IMG/VR virus record: IMGVR_UViG_3300012346_000093
Span: 1 to 37,163 of that record
DNA: 37,163 nt
Strand: one strand, 5' to 3'
Origin: a virus
Lineage: Duplodnaviria; Caudoviricetes
Position numbers and translations under genes: made by a program
Part shown: positions 26,913 through 34,425 of the stretch, piece after piece
Position numbering within the stretch: the first letter of the stretch is position 1
Layout: every line of letters begins with the position of its first letter
Notes under the pieces: model-generated
The model's input: the letters and a program-made list of their open reading frames with translations, nothing else
Told to the model about the DNA's origin: nothing
Database searches by the model: none

Positions 26913-27179
26913 ATGGCAAATGACTACAACGATCTTTTTGAAACCTACATTGGCACAGGTCGCAATGACAACAAAGGCCGATAGGTTGGCTGGGTTGTCG
27001 GCTTGAACAACAACGGCACAACCTTTGCCGCTTGGGTGCAAAACGCACGCAAAGTTAACGGCGAGTGGAAAGAGTTTGGCGTGCAGCAGCGCAGCAAAAC
27101 TTTTCCATCTCAGGCAACAGCAACTGCCTGGGCTTATGCCACTGCCCAGGTTCGCCGTCACAAATTTTTGACAGCTTAA
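26913..27179 (+). pseudogene. 88-codon gene interrupted by one in-frame TAG (26982-26984)
   Basis: MANDYNDLFETYIGTGRNDNKGR*VGWVVGLNNNGTTFAAWVQ...KFLTA; good SD, and the frame fills the gap to the next gene. Confidence 0.75.
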
Positions 27180-27219
27180 TCAACCGGGGCCACTGGCCCC
27201 ACCTTTAGGAGAAAACGAC

Positions 27220-27378
27220 ATGAAGAATTACACAACCCCCCGTAACTACGCCGACTGCACCTGGGTGCAGGGCTATGGCCGCAAGGAGCCGCTTTTGAAG
27301 CGCCTGGCACCCTATGCCTTGGCCTTCTTGATTGGTGTCGGCATGGCCGCATTGCTCGTTGCGTGGTGGTCATCATGA
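27220..27378 (+). CDS. Small membrane protein (52 aa); not in ORF track
   Basis: SD AGGAG; MKNYTTPR...YALAFLIGVGMAALLVAWWSS, one C-terminal TM helix. Confidence 0.75.
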   Translation: MKNYTTPRNYADCTWVQGYGRKEPLLKRLAPYALAFLIGVGMAALLVAWWSS

Positions 27379-27695
27379 GCGCCGCAAAGCACGCACCAGG
27401 GCCGTGGGTCGTTATTCCTCAAAAAACGCCTCAAGGCGACATTGCCACGGTTTACAACACCCCAGATGGCTGGGTTTCAATCCACGCCCCGACCTGGTTG
27501 AACATTGGCGATCAGAAAGTCACCATGGCAAATGCACGGCTGATCGCCGCAGCGCCTGACCTGCTGGAGACTTTGAAGGAGATTGTCGGGTTTTGGGATT
27601 CCATTGTCCCGATTGATTGTGTTAACGATTGCGTTAACGATCTGCACGTCAAAGCCCGCGTAGCCATCGCCAAAGCAACAGGAGAAGCAGCATGA
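27375..27695 (+). CDS. Hypothetical phage protein (H.PGPW...ANARLIAAAPDLL family)
   Basis: Widespread phage small-protein motifs; ATGA-coupled. Confidence 0.8.
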   Translation: MSAAKHAPGPWVVIPQKTPQGDIATVYNTPDGWVSIHAPTWLNIGDQKVTMANARLIAAAPDLLETLKEIVGFWDSIVPIDCVNDCVNDLHVKARVAIAKATGEAA

Positions 27696-27994
27696 CCTGC
27701 ATGAACACATCAATGATGGGCCAGCGCCAGGGCGATGACGACCACGCAGAGCGCCTGGCTGATGCGATTGAAGCGCGTGGGCTGGAGTTGCTGAAACACG
27801 GTGAGGCCTGCGACCCGAGGGACGGCCACAACGTGATTGAGGCAATGGAGGCTGCAACAGACACCGACAAGCAGCTGCTTGGAAAGTGGCTGGCCTCTGG
27901 AGACTATGCGGCTTGTGGCCTGTGGATGGCCGCGATCTCAAAAGAATATTGGGCAAAGATGGCCGACGAGTTGGCCGAAAAGGAGTTGACATGA
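27692..27994 (+). CDS. Hypothetical protein
   Basis: SD AGGAG; ATGA-coupled. Confidence 0.7.
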   Translation: MTCMNTSMMGQRQGDDDHAERLADAIEARGLELLKHGEACDPRDGHNVIEAMEAATDTDKQLLGKWLASGDYAACGLWMAAISKEYWAKMADELAEKELT

Positions 27995-28146
27995 GCCAAG
28001 CACAACGAGTGTTTGAGGCCGTGATGCGCGGCAAAGGACATGATGACTTTTCTAAGTCGCCAACAGGCAAATATTTAAACCCCGGCTTGCAAGTACGCTG
28101 GCCCATGTTTCTTCTCGGTTGGGAGATGCGCGAGGTGTCCAAATGA
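27991..28146 (+). CDS. Small hypothetical protein
   Basis: SD AAGGAG; MSQAQRVFEAVMRGKG...; coupled. Confidence 0.7.
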   Translation: MSQAQRVFEAVMRGKGHDDFSKSPTGKYLNPGLQVRWPMFLLGWEMREVSK

Positions 28147-28451
28147 CTACATGCAATGAATGCGAGACCGTGGCGCACTGCCTCAAGCATGGGTGCATAC
28201 CCAAGGTGCGCAGCACGATAGACATGGCCCGTGAGGCTGGTGGACGAGCGCAACAAAACAAGAACTGTGATGTTGAATACGTGATGTCTTCCGAATCGCT
28301 TCAACGCCTTGTTGAGTCTGTCCGTGCTGATGAGCGTGAGGCGTGTGCAAAGGTGTGTGAAGAAGTTGGCGTGTTCCATGAAGTCTCGCAAGGTGCTGAT
28401 CTTGCTTTTGATCTTGCCGCCACCATTCGAGCAAGGGGCAAGCATGACTGA
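28143..28451 (+). CDS. Hypothetical protein (EREACAKVC...IRARG family)
   Basis: SD GAGGT; N-terminal CNEC...HC..HGC. Confidence 0.7.
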   Translation: MTTCNECETVAHCLKHGCIPKVRSTIDMAREAGGRAQQNKNCDVEYVMSSESLQRLVESVRADEREACAKVCEEVGVFHEVSQGADLAFDLAATIRARGKHD

Positions 28452-28743
28452 CATCATTGACTTTGCCAAAGCCAAAAAAGAGCGTGAGCCGCATGTAGCT
28501 GGGGAGTTGTTTTGCCAAGCATGCGACCACGAATGGACCGCCGTGTGGGAGCCGGGCACCATGGAGTTCGAGTGCCCCGAGTGCAAGAGCATGCGCGGTC
28601 GTAGCAAGTTTGATGTCTCACCGGCCCCGGGGTCTCAAGTGTGGTCTTGCCAGTTGTGTGAGAACCAACTGTTCCACCTATTGAAAGACCGCGTTCACTG
28701 CCCGCGATGCGGGTGCCAATGGGATTACGAGGAGCTCACATGA
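28444..28743 (+). CDS. Double zinc-ribbon protein
   Basis: Four CxxC motifs (CQAC, CPEC, CQLC, CPRC). Confidence 0.75.
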   Translation: MTDIIDFAKAKKEREPHVAGELFCQACDHEWTAVWEPGTMEFECPECKSMRGRSKFDVSPAPGSQVWSCQLCENQLFHLLKDRVHCPRCGCQWDYEELT

Positions 28744-28865
28744 ACTGCAAACACCGATGGGAGCCGAGTTTCTTCGCCATCAAGTACCGCACCCCAAATC
28801 ACTACATCTTTGAGTGCAAACGATGTGGGGCTAGCATTTTCACAACATTAAAGGAGCAACAGTGA
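28740..28865 (+). CDS. Small zinc-binding protein (41 aa); not in ORF track
   Basis: SD GAGGAG; MNCKHRW...CKRCG; coupled at both ends. Confidence 0.65.
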   Translation: MNCKHRWEPSFFAIKYRTPNHYIFECKRCGASIFTTLKEQQ

Positions 28866-29092
28866 ACATCGTCATCTACAGCAAAAGCAACTGCCCCAAC
28901 TGCACCACAGCCAAACGGCTACTGGATGACAAGGGAATCGGGTATGAGGAAGTGAACGCTGAGACCATGACCCATGCCGAGCGTGAGCGGTTGTTCGGTG
29001 GCATCCGCCAGATGCCTCAGATTTTTATCGAAGGCCAGCGCGTGGGCGGCTTGGCCGGGTTGCAAGCTACATTGAAGGAGCTGGGGCTATGA
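28862..29092 (+). CDS. Glutaredoxin
   Basis: IYSKSNCPNC..AK.LL, RQMPQIFI.G..VGG; SD AAGGAG. Confidence 0.92.
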   Translation: MNIVIYSKSNCPNCTTAKRLLDDKGIGYEEVNAETMTHAERERLFGGIRQMPQIFIEGQRVGGLAGLQATLKELGL

Positions 29093-29997
29093 GCAAAGAA
29101 GCAATGAAGCTGGCGCTGCGGTCGTTGAAAGAACTTGTACCCGACGATTCTGACTATGCCCCTGCCCTTCAAGGACAAAGAAAGCGACAGGAAAAGGCCA
29201 TCGCCGCCATCAAGCAAGCCTTGGAGCAGCCTGTGCAGGATGCGGAAAACAAGTGGCGCGCCATTGCCTTGCAGTTTGACGCACATCGAATGAGTGCATT
29301 GGCCCATCTGCAAGCAATGTTGAAAGACCCAGCCAAGCACGCTGATATTGCGCGTGAGTTTCTTTCAGCACGACCGCCTGCACAGCCAGCGCCTGTGGCA
29401 CTGCTTTGTTGCGGCTACACAGATACAAGTGCAGTCAAGTGGAATCCATTTAACGGCGTTGTACAGTGCCATAACTGTGGGCAGCCATACACCGCCCCAA
29501 CCACGCCACCGGCACCTGTTCAGGTGCCGGTGGCGTGGATCATCACTTTTGAAAAACAGAATGGTGATCGTGAAACGTGCGCAGTAATGGGCAGGTACAA
29601 GGATGTGAAGGCGTCATGCGATTTTGGTGATCCGATCCCTCTCTACACCACCCCACCCGCACAGCCAGCACCTGTGCAACAGGAGTCTGTGGCGTGGGAA
29701 GAATTGACCAACTCGCAAATCATGGCAAGCGTGGGGCGTTGCAGTGCTGGTTTTTCTGAGAGTCGGCCACTCAGACAGCAATGGGATCAGGTATGTGACC
29801 TTATCAGGTATGTAATGCGTGAGCGTGGCTACACCACCCCACCCGCAGCACAGCGGCCTTGGGTCGGACTCACAAAAGATGAGGTGTTAACCATCGGCAA
29901 AGAGCTTGGGTTGAAGTGTAAGTTGGGTGGAAATTCAAACATCGATTTTGACTATGCTGAAGCCATCGAAGCCAAACTCAAGGAGCGCAACACATGA
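29089..29997 (+). CDS. Mosaic hypothetical protein with repeated Pro-rich linkers
   Basis: QPAPV, PVAW and YTTPPA repeats; C-terminal WVGLT...AIEAKLKERN. Confidence 0.75.
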   Translation: MSKEAMKLALRSLKELVPDDSDYAPALQGQRKRQEKAIAAIKQALEQPVQDAENKWRAIALQFDAHRMSALAHLQAMLKDPAKHADIAREFLSARPPAQPAPVALLCCGYTDTSAVKWNPFNGVVQCHNCGQPYTAPTTPPAPVQVPVAWIITFEKQNGDRETCAVMGRYKDVKASCDFGDPIPLYTTPPAQPAPVQQESVAWEELTNSQIMASVGRCSAGFSESRPLRQQWDQVCDLIRYVMRERGYTTPPAAQRPWVGLTKDEVLTIGKELGLKCKLGGNSNIDFDYAEAIEAKLKERNT

Positions 29998-30245
29998 AGG
30001 CCAACCACCCGGTCATCCGTGCCGTCCTGCGTGTGCACACCGATGGCCTGACCATAAAGCAGTTGGTCGAGCTGATTCCAGCAACGCAAGGACCGACCCG
30101 CACGGCCCTCAAAAACATGCCAGACGCCTACATTGACCGATGGACCAAGGGTGATGCACCAAAAAGCAAATACGAGGCCGTGTGGGCCGTTGTAGTGCCG
30201 CCAGAGGACTGCCCAAGACCAACAACGAAAGGAGAGATGAAATGA
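29994..30245 (+). CDS. Hypothetical protein, possible winged HTH
   Basis: DGLTIKQL...MPDAYIDRW...VPPEDCPRP; SD AAGGAG. Confidence 0.7.
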   Translation: MKANHPVIRAVLRVHTDGLTIKQLVELIPATQGPTRTALKNMPDAYIDRWTKGDAPKSKYEAVWAVVVPPEDCPRPTTKGEMK

Positions 30246-30454
30246 ACTGCTGCACGAATGACTGTAACCAAGGCCGCGAGTGCCCGGCCCGAGTAGCGAA
30301 GGCCAAGCCTGTCATGAAAGCTGCCGACCCACTGCCGCCAAGCGTCTGGCGCTACCAACTGCGGAAGCTAGCCTACTGGGTGCTGCTGGCGGTCTTTGGA
30401 ATGCTGTGGATGGGTTGGCTAAGCTTTGCCTTTTATGCGCTCGAACGTGCGTAG
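30242..30454 (+). CDS. Small membrane protein with Cys-rich N-terminus
   Basis: MNCCTNDCNQGRECPAR plus a C-terminal TM helix. Confidence 0.65.
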   Translation: MNCCTNDCNQGRECPARVAKAKPVMKAADPLPPSVWRYQLRKLAYWVLLAVFGMLWMGWLSFAFYALERA

Positions 30455-30832
30455 ACCGCCCAAACCCAACATTCCAGTCAGCAAGACCATGAGCGTCTCG
30501 TTGTCGATGGGCGGCAACGGTGGCACGGAGACGCCTAGAACGGCCAGCAACCAGGGGAAAAGCGGCTGGACAAGGAACTGGTACACCAGACCAAAAACGC
30601 ACGCCCAGCCGGTTGCCGGACGCCAGCCGCCACGGAACATATCGGTGGACGCCTCAACCTTGTTCACGTCAAGCTGACCCAACGCAAGTTTGGTTTCTGC
30701 ATCCAGCACCGCCAATTCGCCACGCTGGGCCAGATCGAGTAGTTTGATCTTGGCGTCTGCCGCTGCCTGTGGGTCGGGCAGCACCTTTTCCAAGATGCCA
30801 CCAATGACCGGGATGAGTGCTTGCCAGATCAT
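30419..30832 (-). CDS. Holin (3TM, GTA-holin-like)
   Basis: GWRP..GW.C, MLGLGGLRTFE.IKG; coupled to the endolysin gene. Confidence 0.85.
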   Translation of the reverse strand: MIWQALIPVIGGILEKVLPDPQAAADAKIKLLDLAQRGELAVLDAETKLALGQLDVNKVEASTDMFRGGWRPATGWACVFGLVYQFLVQPLFPWLLAVLGVSVPPLPPIDNETLMVLLTGMLGLGGLRTFERIKGKA

Positions 30833-31206
30833 GGGTATGCCTTCCAAGGTAGCTGGTAGTGGGGTCCGTCACGCATTTTCCAGTTGCCACCCCACTCGAT
30901 TGGGATCTGCAACTCAATGGATGCTGCAAGCATGGCAATGTGAATCTTGTGGTACAGCGGCCAGTCCCATCGCACCTCATCTCCGACCCAAGCTCCCAGA
31001 TCAACAGCGTGACCCGTCAGGTGGCGTGAGTTGAGCGTCTGACTGGCTCCGGCTTCAACAAGTGCCTTCTGGCGCTCTGGTGTCCGCAGACCTTCAAGCA
31101 CCGTGAAGTCCACGGTCGTGATCTCGATAGCACGCTCAACAACACGCGCCAGATCAGGGTGAACCCCTTTGAGGCGCTGCTTGGAGCGTGGGCCAAGGGA
31201 GAACAC
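30829..31206 (-). CDS. Endolysin, M15 family L-Ala-D-Glu peptidase
   Basis: L.GVHPDL, EGLRT.ERQ, SRHLTGHAVD, WGG.W...DGPHYQL. Confidence 0.92.
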   Translation of the reverse strand: MFSLGPRSKQRLKGVHPDLARVVERAIEITTVDFTVLEGLRTPERQKALVEAGASQTLNSRHLTGHAVDLGAWVGDEVRWDWPLYHKIHIAMLAASIELQIPIEWGGNWKMRDGPHYQLPWKAYP

Positions 31207-31208
31207 GC

Positions 31209-31451
31209 TCAGTGACCCTTGAGCCAACTGAAGCCGAACCCAATGGCGCTGGAGACAAACGAGACAAAGGCCATGCCTGCCCAGAAGCCGCCGCGCCCTT
31301 GGTTGGCAAGGGCCACCAGCTTCTCGACGTTGGCCTCCATCTTGTCCATCTTGCTGGACATCTCGTCAAAGCGGCGCTCGTAGTTCTGAACGCGCTCCCA
31401 GAGCACACCATATTTCACAGGGTCGATCTCGGCCATGTCTGCGGTTTCCAT
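31209..31451 (-). CDS. Coiled-coil plus C-terminal TM protein of the lysis cassette (holin-like)
   Basis: EIDPVKYGVL...LVALANQGRGGFWAGM plus TM helix; directly upstream of the endolysin. Start uncertain (31451 or 31436). Confidence 0.7.
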   Translation of the reverse strand: METADMAEIDPVKYGVLWERVQNYERRFDEMSSKMDKMEANVEKLVALANQGRGGFWAGMAFVSFVSSAIGFGFSWLKGH

Positions 31452-31458
31452 GATGGAG

Positions 31459-31812
31459 TTACAGGCCTTCGCCTGGGGTGATGTAGACGGAAGTGGCCGA
31501 AGCTGCCAGGCCGCTGAAGAAGGTGTTGGGTGTGAAGCGCAAGACCTCGATGGCACCCGGCAGCAAGGCGAGGGCATTTGATGGCGTACCAGCCACTGGG
31601 GCCACCGCGTTGGCGGCGGCATCTGCTGCTGTGGAGCCAAAGCCAAGGAACACGGCCACGGTGCCGGAGTTGACGATGCGGTACTGGCCTGTGGCCTGGG
31701 GCGTGTATTTTGTGTCAACAGGCGCTTGAAGGCCTGTTGGGGCTGTGGTGGTGGCGGCAATGACAACGGTCTTGCCTTGGGGGTTAAAAGGAATCTGTGA
31801 TCCAGTAGCCAT
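31459..31812 (-). CDS. Putative virion structural protein
   Basis: Beta-rich, ends VYITPGEGL. Confidence 0.65.
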   Translation of the reverse strand: MATGSQIPFNPQGKTVVIAATTTAPTGLQAPVDTKYTPQATGQYRIVNSGTVAVFLGFGSTAADAAANAVAPVAGTPSNALALLPGAIEVLRFTPNTFFSGLAASATSVYITPGEGL

Positions 31813-31817
31813 GATGT

Positions 31818-32465
31818 TTACCTTTCTATGAGTTTACAGTTTTCAAAATGCCAGCGTTTCATTGTGAAAGCGCCGCCAGTTTTTAAGCAATAAGGACAAA
31901 CAACGCTCGGCTGAAGTTTTCCTTTGCGAACCTCAGACAAACGCTGTTTATGCTTATCGCTCAGTTTTTTACCCAACTTCAACTCAGACTGTTTGCGTCG
32001 AGTTTCATTGCTTCTTTTTTGTCCTCTATTTGCTTCGGCAACTTTGCGTGCGTGATCCGCGCTTTTTGGTTTTCCGGCATGAGCTGCCGACATCTTGGCT
32101 CTTGTTTCCTCACTGTGATGCCTGCCATGCATATTGCCGCGCTCGCCACGCTGGGCTTCCGACATTTTGCGTTTAGTCTCATCAGAGTGACGGAACCCAT
32201 GAAGCCCTTCACCACCGGCAGTCATGTTGCATAGTTTCTTACCAAGTCTACGAAGCTGGTCTATGCGTTCCATTTCTACAAGAAAAGCAAAATCCTCGTC
32301 TGCGCCATCAACAACAATACGGACAGAAAAGCCCCCGGCTTTTGCAACGATGCGCTTCCAATATTCGCTGCGCTTATTGGTCTCCGTTGATCTACGAGCA
32401 TGACCCTTCCCAACGTAGAACACGCTATTCGTGTCTGGGCGGATGTGCTCGTAGACGTAAAACAT
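31818..32465 (-). CDS. GIY-YIG homing endonuclease with NUMOD3 repeats
   Basis: YVYEH...FYVGKG..RR, E..RI, N.T.GGEG, repeated HS.ET..KMS; low GC. Confidence 0.92.
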   Translation of the reverse strand: MFYVYEHIRPDTNSVFYVGKGHARRSTETNKRSEYWKRIVAKAGGFSVRIVVDGADEDFAFLVEMERIDQLRRLGKKLCNMTAGGEGLHGFRHSDETKRKMSEAQRGERGNMHGRHHSEETRAKMSAAHAGKPKSADHARKVAEANRGQKRSNETRRKQSELKLGKKLSDKHKQRLSEVRKGKLQPSVVCPYCLKTGGAFTMKRWHFENCKLIER

Positions 32466-32493
32466 GATTGCAGTTTACCGTGCAATTTGCATG

Positions 32494-32769
32494 TTACTCG
32501 GGTGCTGGCTCTGGCTCAGGATGCACCAGCATCAAGCCTGCCTTTTGCAGACCGACATCTAGGGAGCCAAAGTACACCTTGCGCGGCCATGTGACGTCAT
32601 TGCAAATGGTGTCCAGCTCGTTGTCATCAAAGTACCCGTTCGTCAGGTAGTTCGTGATCGGTGGCTGACCATCCGGGCTGGCCGGAGCGTTGAAGTAGTC
32701 GGGGAAGTCGGCTTGTGCGGCTGCTTGGTCTGCGGCCAGCACGATGACGGTTGCGAGTGTGGAGTTCAT
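32494..32769 (-). CDS. Hypothetical protein downstream of the fibre gene (possible chaperone)
   Basis: ATG directly abuts the fibre stop codon. Confidence 0.65.
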   Translation of the reverse strand: MNSTLATVIVLAADQAAAQADFPDYFNAPASPDGQPPITNYLTNGYFDDNELDTICNDVTWPRKVYFGSLDVGLQKAGLMLVHPEPEPAPE

Positions 32770-34395
32770 TTAATAGGCTTTCGTTTTGGAGTTGATGTAC
32801 GTTTCACCAGCCGTGATCTGCGCTGCGGTGGATGCTGCGCCACGGGCAATGCTCCCGTAGTCGTTGCCGTTGAAGTAGATACTTGACCCACCTCGGGCGT
32901 AGAAGTAAGCGGGGTAGTTGCCGTAATTGCCTGTGCCTTGGTCAGACGTGCTTTGCGTAACTTGCGTACCGTTAATTCTTACGGTTATCAAATCACCAGA
33001 AATATCATCAAGACTTGTTATGATATTAGTAATTGGAGCGATAAATGGAGCCGGGGCAACTGTAACCCGAGTTGTGCCACCGCCACCGTAAAAATAATTG
33101 TTTGCAGATCCAGGAGTACCTTCGCAAGCCAAAATAAATGCGCCATTGGTAGTGAGGGCATTTGAACTACTTTCAACAATTATGCCAGTTGCGTTTGTCA
33201 ACTTCCGCACCCCCTGCCACACAGTCATCTTGTCCGTAGCGGTGAAGTTGATGCTGTTGGTCTGCATGGATTGGTTGCTGCCGTTGGGCTTGATGTAGAT
33301 GGGAAAGCCTGTGCTGTCGTAGTCCGTGCTGGTGTTGACTCGCTGGTATGCGGGGAGGTTTACGCCTTGGTTTGTGGGTCGAAGGTCGGGATGCCAAACA
33401 TCTATAACATCGTTATTTGCAGATGATGTGCGAAGCTGTGAATAGGCGGTACCAGAGTTGTTTTCCGTAAGTGTTAAACGCGTCCACTCTGAAGTGATTA
33501 CAACAGGCGTAAAACTTAGGCCACCTATCGAAATATCCCAATTTCCGCTACCACTTACTCTACGAACATAAATGGATAGCAAACCGCTTCCAGTAAACGG
33601 CAACTGTTGCTGCAAACGGGCCAATGAACCGTTTGTTAGCGTTGTAAGTCGTGCAGCCGTCATTGAACCATCAGGCGCAACCGCTGCATTTGGCGTTACC
33701 GTGGTAGCTGTCTTCGTCCACACCGCATCATCAAACTGCTCAGTCTTGGTCAGCAAGTTCACCCGCGCACTTACCACAGGGCGGTTGGCGCTGGTGGTCT
33801 GGAAGCGGTGGTTGCCGGGGAGTTCTTTGACGGAGATGTTGTCAATTATTGCAGTTCCAGCATTATTCACTTGCAACCAAATATTTGTTGATGTTGCCGT
33901 GGCCGTGTAAACGCAGCGCAATGGAACTGATACCGCTGACGTTGTTTCCGCAACGACCGCGCCGTTTGCAACTGCGAAGGTAAAGCGGTTTGTCGTACCA
34001 ACCCTTGCGTTTAATGTGAACTGGTATGTCTTGCCAACAACTGTAGTCAGCGTTTGCCGAACGTATCCAAAACTTGACGCAGACGTTACAACCCCCTCCG
34101 CAGCAACAACGGAAAGGGTGGCTGTAACGTCTGTCCACCCGGTAGTACCTCCAGAGAAATCCCCATTCGTCACCAACTCAGACCCAAGCACCAACCCCTT
34201 GCTCAAGTCCAACTGCAAGCCAACAGGCTGCTCCACCGCTGTCACGGGCGTTGTGCCTGCGCTGTCTTGGAACAGGGTGGCAAAGTTGCTGGGGTCATAC
34301 CACCAGCCCTGCTCGCCGTTGGCGAAGAAGGAGGCGGGGGAGAATGGCCGACTGAATGGCGAGTGTCGATTGTGAAAGCCGTTGTTTTTTAACAC
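32770..34395 (-). CDS. Fibre/spike protein with carbohydrate-binding-like modules
   Basis: G.WYDPS...LFQDSAGTTPVTA..QPVGL.LDLS, ELVTNGDFS, NLLTKTEQFD...W, APDG..TA, LamG-like C-terminus. Confidence 0.75.
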   Translation of the reverse strand: MLKNNGFHNRHSPFSRPFSPASFFANGEQGWWYDPSNFATLFQDSAGTTPVTAVEQPVGLQLDLSKGLVLGSELVTNGDFSGGTTGWTDVTATLSVVAAEGVVTSASSFGYVRQTLTTVVGKTYQFTLNARVGTTNRFTFAVANGAVVAETTSAVSVPLRCVYTATATSTNIWLQVNNAGTAIIDNISVKELPGNHRFQTTSANRPVVSARVNLLTKTEQFDDAVWTKTATTVTPNAAVAPDGSMTAARLTTLTNGSLARLQQQLPFTGSGLLSIYVRRVSGSGNWDISIGGLSFTPVVITSEWTRLTLTENNSGTAYSQLRTSSANNDVIDVWHPDLRPTNQGVNLPAYQRVNTSTDYDSTGFPIYIKPNGSNQSMQTNSINFTATDKMTVWQGVRKLTNATGIIVESSSNALTTNGAFILACEGTPGSANNYFYGGGGTTRVTVAPAPFIAPITNIITSLDDISGDLITVRINGTQVTQSTSDQGTGNYGNYPAYFYARGGSSIYFNGNDYGSIARGAASTAAQITAGETYINSKTKAY

Positions 34396-34425
34396 GCTGT
34401 GGCCCTTTTAAGATGGCTGCCTGGA

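Noticed and set aside
26982-26984. Genome-wide TAG recoding
   Set aside because: Only one interrupted gene; core genes are intact in the standard code and no suppressor tRNA was seen.
29089-29997. Diversity-generating retroelement or CRISPR-like array
   Set aside because: No reverse transcriptase and no adenine-specific TR/VR pair; repeats are irregular and in-frame coding.
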